Shown here: positions 1-9,386 of the stretch, piece after piece | How positions within the stretch are numbered: the first letter of the stretch is position 1 | How the letters are laid out: every line of letters begins with the position of its first letter | NCBI GenBank assembly: GCA_965226495.1 | Contig: OZ245365.1 | Coordinates: 3,328,001 to 3,392,000 of the forward strand | Reading direction: 5' to 3' | DNA from: Candidatus Marinacidobacterales bacterium | GTDB lineage: Bacteria > Acidobacteriota > Vicinamibacteria > Marinacidobacterales > DATDRI01 | Length of the DNA: 64,000 nt | The notes under the pieces: generated by a model | The model's input: the letters and a program-made list of their open reading frames with translations, nothing else | The model's database searches: none | Told to the model about the DNA's origin: nothing | Translations under genes and position numbers: made by a program

Positions 1-1077
1 CCCCGCCCGACTGTGGAAGACCGCGGGATCCTTCTGCGAGACGAACAGTGCGGGTGCCAGCCATGCGCTTTCGAGTGGAAAGAAGGATCCCAATTCTCGC
101 CGGGCTTCGGAAAGGCACGCGTCGACGGGCTTGAGAGTCGCAAGGGCACGGTAGAACGACTCCGCGAATCGGACGGCCAAGTCTTCCGGCCTCAAACCGC
201 CCAAACTCACTAGCGCCGGAACGTGTTCCAGCAGCTGCCCAGCAAGCTCCGGGCCCACACCGACCACGCCCTCACCGCCGCTGAATACCATCAGGCGCGG
301 GCTTCCGTCTTGAAGGAGGCTCACCAGCTGCGCCGGCGTGTTGAACTCACTACCACCGTCCGCGTGAACCAGTCCTATCTTGGCTTCACCAGAGGTCCAG
401 CGACTCGACGCCAGCAAATGCAAGACGTCCACGTTGCGCCGCACGAGACCATGCAGCCGATCCCGCGTGAGACCGTCCTGACCGATTGCTCGCCCCTCTT
501 CCTGCACCGAGACCAGCCCTTCTCCCTCCAGGCGACGGAGAGCTTCGCGTATGGCGACCGCCTCTTGACGGATCCGGGGAGCATCTCGTTCATCGGAAAA
601 CTCGGCTGCGAGAAGTACTTTCAGTGGGAGTTCGAGGGGAACCGAAGCCGGCTCTTTGGCGTGCTCTACGAAACGAACAAGCGTCGTTTCGGGAGAATTC
701 CCGAGGAAGGCAGCCCGACGGGTATCGTAGAGGCACTCCCAAGGCAGACGAGCGACGTTCGGGGGATCGATTTTGAGTCGAATGAGCAGCCGAGTTTCGG
801 TGGGGCGAGTCTGCTCGCGAAGGTGGATGTAAAGCCGCAGGAGGTCGCCTTGGAACAAGGAGTCGAAGAGCCTGGCCCCCACATATTGGAGCTCTTCGGG
901 GTTGAGCTCGTCAAGGGTGTCGACGTAGCCAACGAATCGCGGGTCGTCGAAGGGCATGTGGATCTGCACCGGTGGCGTCGAACGGCCAAACTCATCCCAA
1001 CCCACGGCCGAATAAAAGCCGGGTGTCGGGTCCGTCCATACCGCTATTAGAAGATCCTGGTGCTCAAGCTCCCTCAT
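1..1077 (-). CDS. CHAT (caspase-like) domain protein, runs off the left edge of the window; catalytic dyad apparently lost
   Basis: Manual translation from ATG at 1077, open to position 1: MRELEHQDLLIAVW...GARLFDSLFQG...RLKIDPPNVARLPWECLYD...VDVLHLLASS...PRLMVFSGGEG...FAESFYRAL...WLAPALF. LPWE and the overall pattern are CHAT-type. Absent from the ORF track because no stop lies in the window. Confidence 0.8.
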   Translation of the reverse strand, partial: MRELEHQDLLIAVWTDPTPGFYSAVGWDEFGRSTPPVQIHMPFDDPRFVGYVDTLDELNPEELQYVGARLFDSLFQGDLLRLYIHLREQTRPTETRLLIRLKIDPPNVARLPWECLYDTRRAAFLGNSPETTLVRFVEHAKEPASVPLELPLKVLLAAEFSDERDAPRIRQEAVAIREALRRLEGEGLVSVQEEGRAIGQDGLTRDRLHGLVRRNVDVLHLLASSRWTSGEAKIGLVHADGGSEFNTPAQLVSLLQDGSPRLMVFSGGEGVVGVGPELAGQLLEHVPALVSLGGLRPEDLAVRFAESFYRALATLKPVDACLSEARRELGSFFPLESAWLAPALFVSQKDPAVFHSRAG

Positions 1078-1167
1078 GTTGTTCTTCCCGGCGCGCCAAG
1101 AAAAGGACCACAGAGAAACCGATCCCTGCGAGGACACAAGTGCGTCATTCTTAGGAGTTTGCGGTGC

Positions 1168-1196
1168 TTGTTACACCATTTTGAGTTATTTGTCAA
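1168..1196 (-). promoter_or_regulatory. putative sigma70 promoter of the CHAT gene
   Basis: TTGACA (1196-1191), 17 nt, TAACAA (1173-1168) in an AT-rich intergenic stretch; the -10 is weak. Confidence 0.4.
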
Positions 1197-1297
1197 GCTG
1201 TGCGGCAGAAGGCCTTTATTTTCAACGGAATCCACTGTGCCACGTGGGTACTCTGTGGCTCATGAGTGGCGGCCTCGCACCCGCCTGATGGACGTAG

Positions 1298-2077
1298 CTA
1301 TCCCTTGAAATTGGCCTGCAGGATGTTCATCCGGTAGTCGTCGCCTCCCATTTGGACATCTCTGCACATTTCGTAGAGTCGCGAACGAAGACGAGAAGTG
1401 ATCCTCTCCGACAAGGTATATTCTTCGGTCGGCGGCCGTTTGCCGAACCCGGGGGCCGGCGCGGAGCGAGCCGCGACCCGACGGTCTGAGAAATTGGTTG
1501 TGATGACGGTGAGCTTCTTTTCGTTGTACCGGTGGTTCAGGATATAGAAGAGCGTATCGAACACCCACAGCGTCGAGTTTTCCCCACCGAGATCGTCGAG
1601 CACCAGCAGCTCCGATTCGAGTACCGGTTGCAAGACTCCCATCTCCGTAACCGAAGTTTCCGGACTATACGATTCCTTTATCTCCCGCAGCAAGGAGCGG
1701 AAATCGGCGAAGCGAGTCCTGGTCCGAATACGTCTCTCCACGAGCACGCGCCTGCAAATGGCAACGGCGAGATGGGTTTTCCCAACCCCGGGAGGACCGC
1801 TAAACAAAAGACCGGCCTCGTTATCCGGGAACTCGTCGGCCCACTTTCCGGCAATCTTGCAGGCCTGGGCCAACTTAGGGTGGAGCAGCTCGAAGGGCTT
1901 TCCTCCACTCCGTTCATCAAACGCACAGTCGCGATACCGAGAGGGGACCCGGGCCTTCCCCATCGCGGAGCCGGTGGTGTCACCCAACCAACAATCGCAC
2001 CGCTCTACCCGAACGACACCGTCCCGTTCGGCTCGCCTCCACGACGTGCCATCACAAATCGAACAAGGTTCGCTCAA
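1298..2077 (-). CDS. DnaC/IstB-like AAA+ ATPase (helicase-loader family)
   Basis: N-terminal CxxC...CxC, Walker A GPPGVGKT, Walker B LLVLDDLG, ITTN and RLRSRLYEM. TTG start overlaps the sigma stop (TTGA). Confidence 0.85.
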   Translation of the reverse strand: MSEPCSICDGTSWRRAERDGVVRVERCDCWLGDTTGSAMGKARVPSRYRDCAFDERSGGKPFELLHPKLAQACKIAGKWADEFPDNEAGLLFSGPPGVGKTHLAVAICRRVLVERRIRTRTRFADFRSLLREIKESYSPETSVTEMGVLQPVLESELLVLDDLGGENSTLWVFDTLFYILNHRYNEKKLTVITTNFSDRRVAARSAPAPGFGKRPPTEEYTLSERITSRLRSRLYEMCRDVQMGGDDYRMNILQANFKG

Positions 2078-2931
2078 TTGAGGAAACCTCGCATGGCTTG
2101 GGCTGTGTTCGAGCGACGCAACTTTGCGATAGCCTTCGATTCGATCTGCCGAATCCTTTCCCGCGAAAGTTGCAGCCGATCCCCAATTTCCTGAAGGGTC
2201 TGCGGCTCCTCGCCGTCCAGGCCGAAGCGAAGTCGGACGACTTCTGACTCTTTGGGACCGAGCTCGGTCAGAAGTTTTTGGATCTGCGCCAGGAAAGACT
2301 TCTGAATCAGCGCCACCTCAACCTGGGGATCGGTCCCCTGCTCCAAGTGGTCGCTCAACTCGAGGTCTCCGTCCTCGCCCAACGTTTCCGATAGTGAGAC
2401 ATCGCTGCCGGAGATAGCGATAAAGGTGTTCACCGCGTCGAGCGAAATGTCGAGAGTCGCAGCTACTTCTTCGGGAGCCGGCGTGCCCTTGTCATCTTTG
2501 TCCGCCTTAAACTCGCGTTCGATCCGACTGAAGGCCGTTGCCATGCGTGACGGGACGCTAAAGACGCGCTTGTGCTCGGAGACCGCTTGAATGATGGATT
2601 GTCGAATCCACCAGACCGCGTAGGAAATGAATTTGACGTTGCGGTCCGGATCGAATCGACGCGACGCCTGCATCAATCCCAAGTTCCCCTCGTGAATGAG
2701 GTCAAAGAATGACAGCCCCAAACCTCTGAAGCGTTTCGCATAACTCACACCAAATCTCAGGTTGCACTCCACGAGCCTTCGGAGCGCGTCCTCGTCCCCT
2801 TGCCGAATTCGGCGTCCCAGCTCTTTCTCCTCCTCTGGAGTGAGGCGAGGAAACTTGCCGATCTCACGTATGTAGTAGCCGAGCGTTTCCGCGTCGTCGG
2901 ATGAAAACCCCCATCCACGTGCGACCGGCAT
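2074..2931 (-). CDS. RNA polymerase sigma70 factor (RpoD/SigA-like, regions 1.2-4, no region 1.1)
   Basis: YIREIGKFPRLTPEEE, DLIHEGNLGL, KFISYAVWWIRQ and TLQEIGDRLQLSRERIRQIE. Start placed at ATG 2931 (MPVARGW) rather than 3189. Confidence 0.9.
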   Translation of the reverse strand: MPVARGWGFSSDDAETLGYYIREIGKFPRLTPEEEKELGRRIRQGDEDALRRLVECNLRFGVSYAKRFRGLGLSFFDLIHEGNLGLMQASRRFDPDRNVKFISYAVWWIRQSIIQAVSEHKRVFSVPSRMATAFSRIEREFKADKDDKGTPAPEEVAATLDISLDAVNTFIAISGSDVSLSETLGEDGDLELSDHLEQGTDPQVEVALIQKSFLAQIQKLLTELGPKESEVVRLRFGLDGEEPQTLQEIGDRLQLSRERIRQIESKAIAKLRRSNTAQAMRGFLN

Positions 2932-3230
2932 GGCCCGATCATGCCGCAGGTGGGCCGGTCTGGGCAAGGCCTGTCGGGCCACGTACTCGTCGCAAGTTTT
3001 CACCCTTTTGTAAGGAGGGAAGTGGGGCATTCTCCCCTTTTTCATGAAGGGACAACAGTGTGGGAGTGTGCTTGTTTTGCCTGGTGCGCCGACAACATAG
3101 CCTATCGCTCTTCTTAGTTTAGTGTCCGCGCGTTTCCTGCCAAGACAGCGAGTGAAACGGGTTGGTAGGCCGAGGGACGGCCCAAGCAAGGAGACCGAGA
3201 TAAATCGGTACCCCTAGGCGTCCTCAGTTG

Positions 3231-3662
3231 TCAGGAGTCTCGGGAAACTTTGACCAAATCACGGGGAGGAAGCTTTACTAGAGCGTTCTTCACGCGATCC
3301 TTCCACCCTTCCTCCTCTTTCACCATTTCCTTGCGCACGTACTCGATAAATTCGCTCACCTCGACCTGCATCTGCTCCATCTTCAGCCGCATGTTCAGAA
3401 TAATCTCAACCCCGGCGAGGTTCACACCCAGATCGCGCGTGAGATTGAGAACCGTTTCGAGTTGACGAAGATCCTCTTCCGAGTAGAGCCGGGTGTTGCC
3501 CTCAGTGCGAGAAGGCTTCAGCAGACCCTCCCGCTCGTACAGCCTCAGAGTCTGCGGGTGAATCCCGTAGGTCTGCGCCACGGCGCTGATCATGTAATAC
3601 CCTTTTCCCTTGGGGCGGCCTCCTCGAGATTTCTCGCGCGGAGGCGGACTCGATCGTTTCAC
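3231..3662 (-). CDS. hspR: MerR-family heat-shock repressor HspR
   Basis: YMISAVAQTYGIHPQTLRLYEREGLLKPSRTEGNTRLYS...GVNLAGV; overlaps the end of dnaJ. Confidence 0.9.
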   Translation of the reverse strand: MKRSSPPPREKSRGGRPKGKGYYMISAVAQTYGIHPQTLRLYEREGLLKPSRTEGNTRLYSEEDLRQLETVLNLTRDLGVNLAGVEIILNMRLKMEQMQVEVSEFIEYVRKEMVKEEEGWKDRVKNALVKLPPRDLVKVSRDS

Positions 3663-4795
3663 CGCAACACCCCCTTGTCCTTTTCGAACGCCACACAGAG
3701 CTCACGGCGTGGGTTCTCTGGATGCAGTCGCGCGAGCTCGCGTAGCAATTCCTGCGTTCGGTCGTCGTACACCACCGGCGTCACCACTTGGATCTTCACG
3801 AATAGATCTCCCCGCCCTCTACCTCTCAGAGACGGAGCTCCACGCCCGGAGAGCCGAAGCTTCTGACCACTTTGCACTCCAGGCGGCACCCGCACTTTGA
3901 CCGCCCCTTCGACGGTGGGTACCTCGACACGGCAACCGAGCGCCGCCTCGCTGAACGTAATCGGCACCGTGCAAAAAAGATTGTCGCCCTTTCGAGTAAA
4001 GAAAGGATGTGGCTCGGCGGCTACGATTTGGATCATCATGTAGAGATCCCCAGTGTTGCCGCCGCTGCGACCTTCGTTTCCGAACCCGGGCACTGCCACC
4101 TTCGATCCATCATCCACGCCAGGAGGGATTTGGACTTGGACGGTCTCTTCCTTCACCATCCGGCCAACTCCTTGACAGTCAGGACAATCTTGACGGTCGA
4201 CTGCCCCCGAACCGCTGCAGTCTGGGCAAGGGCGAGCGAACAACATGTGGCCTCGCGCTTGCGTGGCCCGTCCACGTCCCTGACAAGTTCGGCAAGTCTG
4301 CGACCGGTTGGAAGGCAAATGCCCCCAGCCTTCGCAGGTCTCGCAGGCGATAAGCCGATTCACTTGAAAGGAGGCGGTCAACCCTTTGAGCGACTCCTCG
4401 AAGGAGATACCCAAAGAATGTTGGACATCTTCCCCGCGCATGGCCCCCTTTGATAGCGAGGAAGCCTCTTCGCGACCGAAGATCTCCGTAAAAACGTCGG
4501 CGTTGGACCTACCGGACATCGAGAAATCAAAACCTTCGAAGCCATAACCGGCAGCCGTCTCGGCGTCTTCTGTCGCCGGCTTGGCCCCCGTTCTATCGTA
4601 CTGTTCGCGCTCGGCAGGGTCGGACAGCACCTCGTATGCCTCCGTTATCCTTCGATAACGCACTTCCGCGACGCGGTCGCCGGGATTTATCTCAGGGTGG
4701 TACTTGCGAGCCAGCTTTCGGTAAGCCCTTCTTATCTCAATGCGGCTTGCGGTGCGCTTGACACCGAGGAGCTCATAGTAGGTACGCCGTTCCAT
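3659..4795 (-). CDS. dnaJ: molecular chaperone DnaJ (class A, HPE variant)
   Basis: J-domain, G/F region, four CxxCxGxG repeats and C-terminal domain; directly downstream of dnaK. Confidence 0.92.
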   Translation of the reverse strand: MERRTYYELLGVKRTASRIEIRRAYRKLARKYHPEINPGDRVAEVRYRRITEAYEVLSDPAEREQYDRTGAKPATEDAETAAGYGFEGFDFSMSGRSNADVFTEIFGREEASSLSKGAMRGEDVQHSLGISFEESLKGLTASFQVNRLIACETCEGWGHLPSNRSQTCRTCQGRGRATQARGHMLFARPCPDCSGSGAVDRQDCPDCQGVGRMVKEETVQVQIPPGVDDGSKVAVPGFGNEGRSGGNTGDLYMMIQIVAAEPHPFFTRKGDNLFCTVPITFSEAALGCRVEVPTVEGAVKVRVPPGVQSGQKLRLSGRGAPSLRGRGRGDLFVKIQVVTPVVYDDRTQELLRELARLHPENPRRELCVAFEKDKGVLR

Positions 4796-4828
4796 CCTTC
4801 TCGCAACCTAATTTACAAATCTCGCTTC

Positions 4829-6778
4829 TTACTTTTTGTCATCCGCGTCCACGATCTCGGCATCGATGACATCACCCTCGCCGTCGCCAGCTCCCGGTCC
4901 ACCCCCGGACTCGCCTGCCTCCGCCCCTCCCGGCGGCGACGGGCCGGCATCTTGGGCATCTCCACCACTGGCAGTCGCCCCGGCCTGCTTGTACATAATC
5001 TCGGCTAGACGATGACTTGCCCGCTCTAGAACTTCTCGGGCGTTTCGAACTGCTTGGACATCCGAATCCTGCAAGGCCTTCTTAGCATCCTGGATCGCGA
5101 GCTCGATTTGCGAAGCCTCCTCCGCGGGGATCTTGTCCTTGTTCTCGGCCAGAATCTTGTCCGTCTGGTAGACGAGGCTATCAGCCGTATTGCGCTCCTC
5201 GGCTTCCTCTTTCCGTCGCTGGTCATCCTCGGCGTGAGACTCGGCCTGCTTCTGCATCTTCTCGACCTCGGCTTGATCCAGCCCGCTCGAGGCGGTAATC
5301 GTGATGGCCTGCTGCTTCGAGGTCGCCAAGTCTTTGGCCGACACGTTGACGATTCCGTTTGCATCGATATCGAAGGTCACTTCGACCTGCGGCACTCCCC
5401 TCGGTGCTGGCGGAATGCCAACCAGCTGGAAACGCCCGAGAGCGCGATTGTCACTTGCCATCGCTCTTTCGCCTTGAAGCACGTGCACTTCGACCTGGGT
5501 TTGGTTATCGGAGGCGGTGGAAAAAATCTCTCCCTTTCGGGTCGGAATCGTCGTATTTCGCTCGATGAGCTTGGTAAACACGCCTCCGAGCGTTTCGATT
5601 CCGAGTGACAACGGTGTGACGTCGAGCAATAGCAGATCTTTCACCTCGCCCGACAGAACCCCCGCCTGGATGGCGGCTCCCACCGCGACGACTTCGTCCG
5701 GATTGACCCCCTTGTGCGGGTCCTTTCCGAAGACCTCACGAACGATCTCCTGGACTTTGGGGATTCGCGTGGAGCCTCCGACAAGAACCACCTCGTCGAT
5801 CTCTTTCGCCATCAGGTCTGCGTCCTGCATGGCTTGCTTGCAGGGTCCTACCGTTCTTTGCAGCAAATCCTCGATCAACTGTTCTAGCTTGGAGCGGCTG
5901 AGACGCAGAGAAAGATGCTTCGGCCCCGACGCGTCGGCAGTAATGAACGGCAGACTAATCTCCGTCTCCATCGTCGACGAAAGCTCAATCTTCGCCTTTT
6001 CGGATGCCTCTTTGAGCCGCTGCAACGCCATCCGATCACTAGACAGATCGATTCCCTGCTCCTTAACGAACTCATCGGTGATCCAATCGATGATCCTTTG
6101 ATCGATGTTGTCACCGCCGAGATGCGTGTCGCCATTGGTCGACTTGACCTCGACGACGCCCTCACCTACTTCCAAAATCGAAATATCGAACGTTCCTCCT
6201 CCGAAATCGTAGACGGCAATCTTCTCATCCGTCTTTTTGTCCAGCCCGTATGCGAGAGCCGCGGCGGTCGGTTCGTTGACGATGCGCATGACTTCGATGC
6301 CCGCGATCTTGCCGGCGTCTTTGGTAGCTTGCCGTTGACTGTCGTTGAAGTAGGCGGGAACCGTGATCACGGCCTGTTCGATCTTGGTCCCCAAGTAGTC
6401 CTCGGCTGCCTGTCTCATCTTTTGCAGGATCATGGCGGAGATCTCGGGTGGCGAATGCTGGCGTCCCTTGATCTCCACTCGCGCGTCCCCGTTGTCGGCC
6501 TCAATCACCTTATAGGGAACCATCTTCATCTCTTCTGAGACTTCGTCGTAGCGACGCCCCATGAACCTCTTGATTGAGAAAATGGTGTTCTCTGGATTGG
6601 TGACCGCTTGGCGCTTGGCGACCTGCCCCACGAGTCGCTCGTTTCCCTTGGTGAATGCGACCACAGACGGAGTCGTCCGACTCCCTTCTGGGTTCGTTAT
6701 AACGGACGGACTGCCGCCCTCCATGACCGCGACCACGGAATTCGTCGTGCCGAGGTCAATGCCGATGATCTTGCCCAT
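4829..6778 (-). CDS. dnaK: molecular chaperone DnaK (Hsp70)
   Basis: [35 protein letters not shown] and [10 protein letters not shown]. Confidence 0.99.
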   Translation of the reverse strand: MGKIIGIDLGTTNSVVAVMEGGSPSVITNPEGSRTTPSVVAFTKGNERLVGQVAKRQAVTNPENTIFSIKRFMGRRYDEVSEEMKMVPYKVIEADNGDARVEIKGRQHSPPEISAMILQKMRQAAEDYLGTKIEQAVITVPAYFNDSQRQATKDAGKIAGIEVMRIVNEPTAAALAYGLDKKTDEKIAVYDFGGGTFDISILEVGEGVVEVKSTNGDTHLGGDNIDQRIIDWITDEFVKEQGIDLSSDRMALQRLKEASEKAKIELSSTMETEISLPFITADASGPKHLSLRLSRSKLEQLIEDLLQRTVGPCKQAMQDADLMAKEIDEVVLVGGSTRIPKVQEIVREVFGKDPHKGVNPDEVVAVGAAIQAGVLSGEVKDLLLLDVTPLSLGIETLGGVFTKLIERNTTIPTRKGEIFSTASDNQTQVEVHVLQGERAMASDNRALGRFQLVGIPPAPRGVPQVEVTFDIDANGIVNVSAKDLATSKQQAITITASSGLDQAEVEKMQKQAESHAEDDQRRKEEAEERNTADSLVYQTDKILAENKDKIPAEEASQIELAIQDAKKALQDSDVQAVRNAREVLERASHRLAEIMYKQAGATASGGDAQDAGPSPPGGAEAGESGGGPGAGDGEGDVIDAEIVDADDKK

Positions 6779-6830
6779 CGCTTTCTGTCCTCCCTAGTAG
6801 GTCCTCCTATTGGAGGCTTAGTCGGTGTAA

Positions 6831-6860
6831 AGGATAGAATGTGAGCGCGAATATGTCAAG
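6831..6860 (-). promoter_or_regulatory. sigma70 promoter of the dnaK operon with an overlapping HAIR-like operator
   Basis: TTGACA (6859-6854), 17 nt, TATCCT (6836-6831). CTTGACA-N7-GCTCACA (6860-6840) resembles the HAIR consensus CTTGAGT-N7-ACTCAAG. Confidence 0.65.
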
Positions 6861-7013
6861 TTTTTTGCGGTTTTTTCTAGAGAAAAACCATGTCCGACTA
6901 GGGCTACAAGGTGTCACTTGTGGGTGACCCACCAAACGGTGGTACACGATAAGCGGCTCGCCTAAACATCTGAAAAAGAAGGGCCTACGAGGCTTGCCTC
7001 GGGGGGATGAAGA

Positions 7014-7029
7014 TGGTACACAGGTTGCA
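7014..7029 (+). promoter_or_regulatory. sigma54 (-24/-12) promoter
   Basis: TGGTACACAGGTTGCA fits TGGYAC-N5-TTGCW and ends 55 nt upstream of ATG 7085. Confidence 0.7.
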
Positions 7030-7084
7030 AAACCATAGGTTAGCGAACCGGCCCCCGGCTTGCTCGACACTTTGGAGGCCCAAC

Positions 7085-9208
7085 ATGACGCACACGGCAA
7101 TCTTACAACTTAGCGTCCTCGCCCTCGTACTGCCCGGGTTCGCGTATTCATCGTCCGGTCAAACTTTACAGGCCTTACCGGCTTCACAGGCCTCGCAGGC
7201 TTCACCGACCTCACAGACCGGACGTTCCTACACCTATGGTCACATCACCTATGTCGAAGGAGAAGTTACCCTCCAACGTGCCATCGAGTCGGAGCCCTCG
7301 GGCGCGGGCGTCAACGAGCCCGTCACACCGGGAGATCGGGCCTGGACCGCGTCTTTTGGTCGTGCGGAGATCCGACTCGCGGACGGTTCCGTCCTACGTA
7401 TGGACGAACGCACCAAGGTCGACTTCGTCGCCTTCGGTGAAGCGGCCGGCCAGGAAACGCTGGTTCGACTCTGGAGCGGAAGCATCATTCTCCGCCTCGT
7501 CGATGCCGGAGGTGCCACGTTTCGGGTCGACACCCCCGCAGGAAGTGTCTTCCCCGTGTCGGAAGGTCTGATCCGGATCGACGTGGACGAAAGCGGCACC
7601 GCCACGCTCTCCGTTTACGAGGGCGTCGCCGAGCTAGCCTCCGAAGGCGGATCGGTCTTGGTTCGAAGCGGTCAGCGCAGTTTGGTCCAGTCCGGCCTTC
7701 GACCCGAGCCCTCTTACGAGTTCAACACCGCGCGTTGGGATGAGTTCTCCTCATGGAGCGACGGGCGCGATCAGCTCTACCGTCGCACCACACGCGTCCA
7801 AGGTGTTCCGGAGGAGGTCGCCGTCTACGCGGGCGAGCTCGACCAGTACGGTACATGGCGCCACGACACTTCGTACGGGAACGTTTGGTACCCGAGAGTG
7901 TCGGTGGGCTGGAGCCCGTACTATCAAGGGCGATGGGCGTACACGGCGTTTGGTTGGACGTGGGTGTCCTACGAGCCTTGGGGCTGGGCGCCTTACCACT
8001 ACGGTCGCTGGGGAAGCGGTCCTTACGGTTGGTACTGGATCCCCGGTGCACATTGGGGACCGGCCTGGGTCTCCTGGGCATTCGGACCTTCCTGGATAGG
8101 CTGGTCCCCGCTCGGCTATTACGACCGATCGGTCTTCGGTTACCGTTCCGTGTTCCGCTATCGTGGTGGTCGCGCCGTTCCACGACACCACGTCACACAA
8201 GGTTGGAGCTTCGCACGCAACCAACACTTCGCTTCACGATCGGTCGCGACGACGCGGTTGGGAGTGGAAGACGTTCGCGCCACCTCCAATAAAGCCCGGC
8301 TTCTGGAGTCTGGCGCCATTCTCGATAGGCACCTCGAGGCCCGCGCCGCTCGTCCCACAGCGATGACTCGCGCTTCCCGACCCGGCCCTGCCGTGGGCGG
8401 AACGGAGCGTGTCTCCGGCCGGACCACACCCGGTCTCGCAACAACTCGCGGTAGAGTGTTTCGGAGCGCCGGGACGGCCTCCGGCTCGCGCCACGTTACG
8501 ACGACACCAGCCCGGGTCCAAGAACGTGACAGCAACGCTGCAGCCACCTCGCGAGCTCGCACGGCGCCAACCTCTCGTTCCGATTCCTTACAGCGTCGGC
8601 TCACCACAACAGCCGGGCGCCGCTACGGAACCACTGTGTCGCGATCGAACGAGGAAACGTCTGGTACCCGAACCGGAGTCGGTCTAGGGCGAAGCGTTTC
8701 GGGGCAGAGCTCGGGAACACGTGCGATCGGTCGCTCCCTAGGTCAACCGTCGACGAGCTCGACAAGCTCAACAGGCTCAACAGGCTCAACAGGCTCAACT
8801 ACCGGCAGGCCCCCGACCTCGGCAACCTCGGCGACCTCGGCGGCAGGCTCGTCAACCTCACGGGGCTCACGGGGCTCACGGGGCTCACGGGGCTCACGGG
8901 GCTCACGGGGCTCACGAGGCTCACGAGGGGGGCGCCCTTCTTCTGTTACCGGTAGTCCCACCAGTACGACGATACGGAGCACGGGTAGCAGTGCCGGAAG
9001 CAAGGATTTCTTCAGCCGTCGGCCCAGCGTCAGCGGTTCCCGCTCGGGAAGCAGTTCTGTCAGGCGGTCGTCGACGGGAAGGCCTTCTGCCGCCAAGCCG
9101 CGGACAGGAAGCGGGAGCACCAGGCGGTCGTCTAAATCCTCGAGTACATCCCGAAGTCGAGGAAGCCAGAAAAGCGAAGGCAACAAGAACAAGAGGAAGA
9201 ACTACTAG
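7085..9208 (+). CDS. secreted FecR-domain protein with a W/G/Y-rich (DUF6600-like) region and a long S/R/T/G-rich tail
   Basis: Signal peptide; FecR-like GHITYVEGEV...PGDRAWT...GRAEIRLADGSVLRMD; WSPYYQGRW...WGWAPYHYGRW...WGPAWVSW. GGAGG RBS before ATG 7085. Confidence 0.8.
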   Translation: MTHTAILQLSVLALVLPGFAYSSSGQTLQALPASQASQASPTSQTGRSYTYGHITYVEGEVTLQRAIESEPSGAGVNEPVTPGDRAWTASFGRAEIRLADGSVLRMDERTKVDFVAFGEAAGQETLVRLWSGSIILRLVDAGGATFRVDTPAGSVFPVSEGLIRIDVDESGTATLSVYEGVAELASEGGSVLVRSGQRSLVQSGLRPEPSYEFNTARWDEFSSWSDGRDQLYRRTTRVQGVPEEVAVYAGELDQYGTWRHDTSYGNVWYPRVSVGWSPYYQGRWAYTAFGWTWVSYEPWGWAPYHYGRWGSGPYGWYWIPGAHWGPAWVSWAFGPSWIGWSPLGYYDRSVFGYRSVFRYRGGRAVPRHHVTQGWSFARNQHFASRSVATTRLGVEDVRATSNKARLLESGAILDRHLEARAARPTAMTRASRPGPAVGGTERVSGRTTPGLATTRGRVFRSAGTASGSRHVTTTPARVQERDSNAAATSRARTAPTSRSDSLQRRLTTTAGRRYGTTVSRSNEETSGTRTGVGLGRSVSGQSSGTRAIGRSLGQPSTSSTSSTGSTGSTGSTTGRPPTSATSATSAAGSSTSRGSRGSRGSRGSRGSRGSRGSRGGRPSSVTGSPTSTTIRSTGSSAGSKDFFSRRPSVSGSRSGSSSVRRSSTGRPSAAKPRTGSGSTRRSSKSSSTSRSRGSQKSEGNKNKRKNY
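8858..8929 (+). repeat. in-frame 9-bp tandem repeat (TCACGGGGC)x8 encoding Ser-Arg-Gly
   Basis: Six exact and two variant units; related 9-mers (CAGGCTCAA, CGGCGACCT) lie just upstream at about 8760-8845. Confidence 0.95.
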
Positions 9209-9290
9209 TTGATCCTACTCGAGTCCCCTCACCCGGCGTCTGGCCGAATTGATAGCGGCACCAACTGTCTTGACGCCCGCAGCCCCCAAA

Positions 9291-9380
9291 CCCGCCTCCG
9301 TCCGCGTCCTTTTCTGAGGACTTCGGCGAGACCTCGCCGTAGCCGTTGTCACGCGTAGCGCTCCCAACAGCGAAGGCGGG
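9291..9380. repeat. REP/MITE-like four-arm palindromic element
   Basis: CCCGCCTCCG...CTTCGGCGAG-A-CCTCGCCGTAG...CGAAGGCGGG between convergent genes; relatives at 23286 and 28984. Confidence 0.7.
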
Positions 9381-9386
9381 GAACTG

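Noticed and set aside
223-1050. 275-aa plus-strand ORF
   Set aside because: Antisense shadow of the CHAT gene; no recognisable motifs
1298-2077. IS21 element, suggested by the IstB-like ATPase
   Set aside because: No IstA transposase or terminal repeats; the N-terminal Cys cluster and coupling to a sigma gene fit a chromosomal DnaC-like protein
3125-3145. Possible sigma54 site TGGCAGGAAACGCGC upstream of the sigma gene
   Set aside because: GG-N10-GC spacing fits but the -12 element lacks TT; likely by chance in GC-rich DNA
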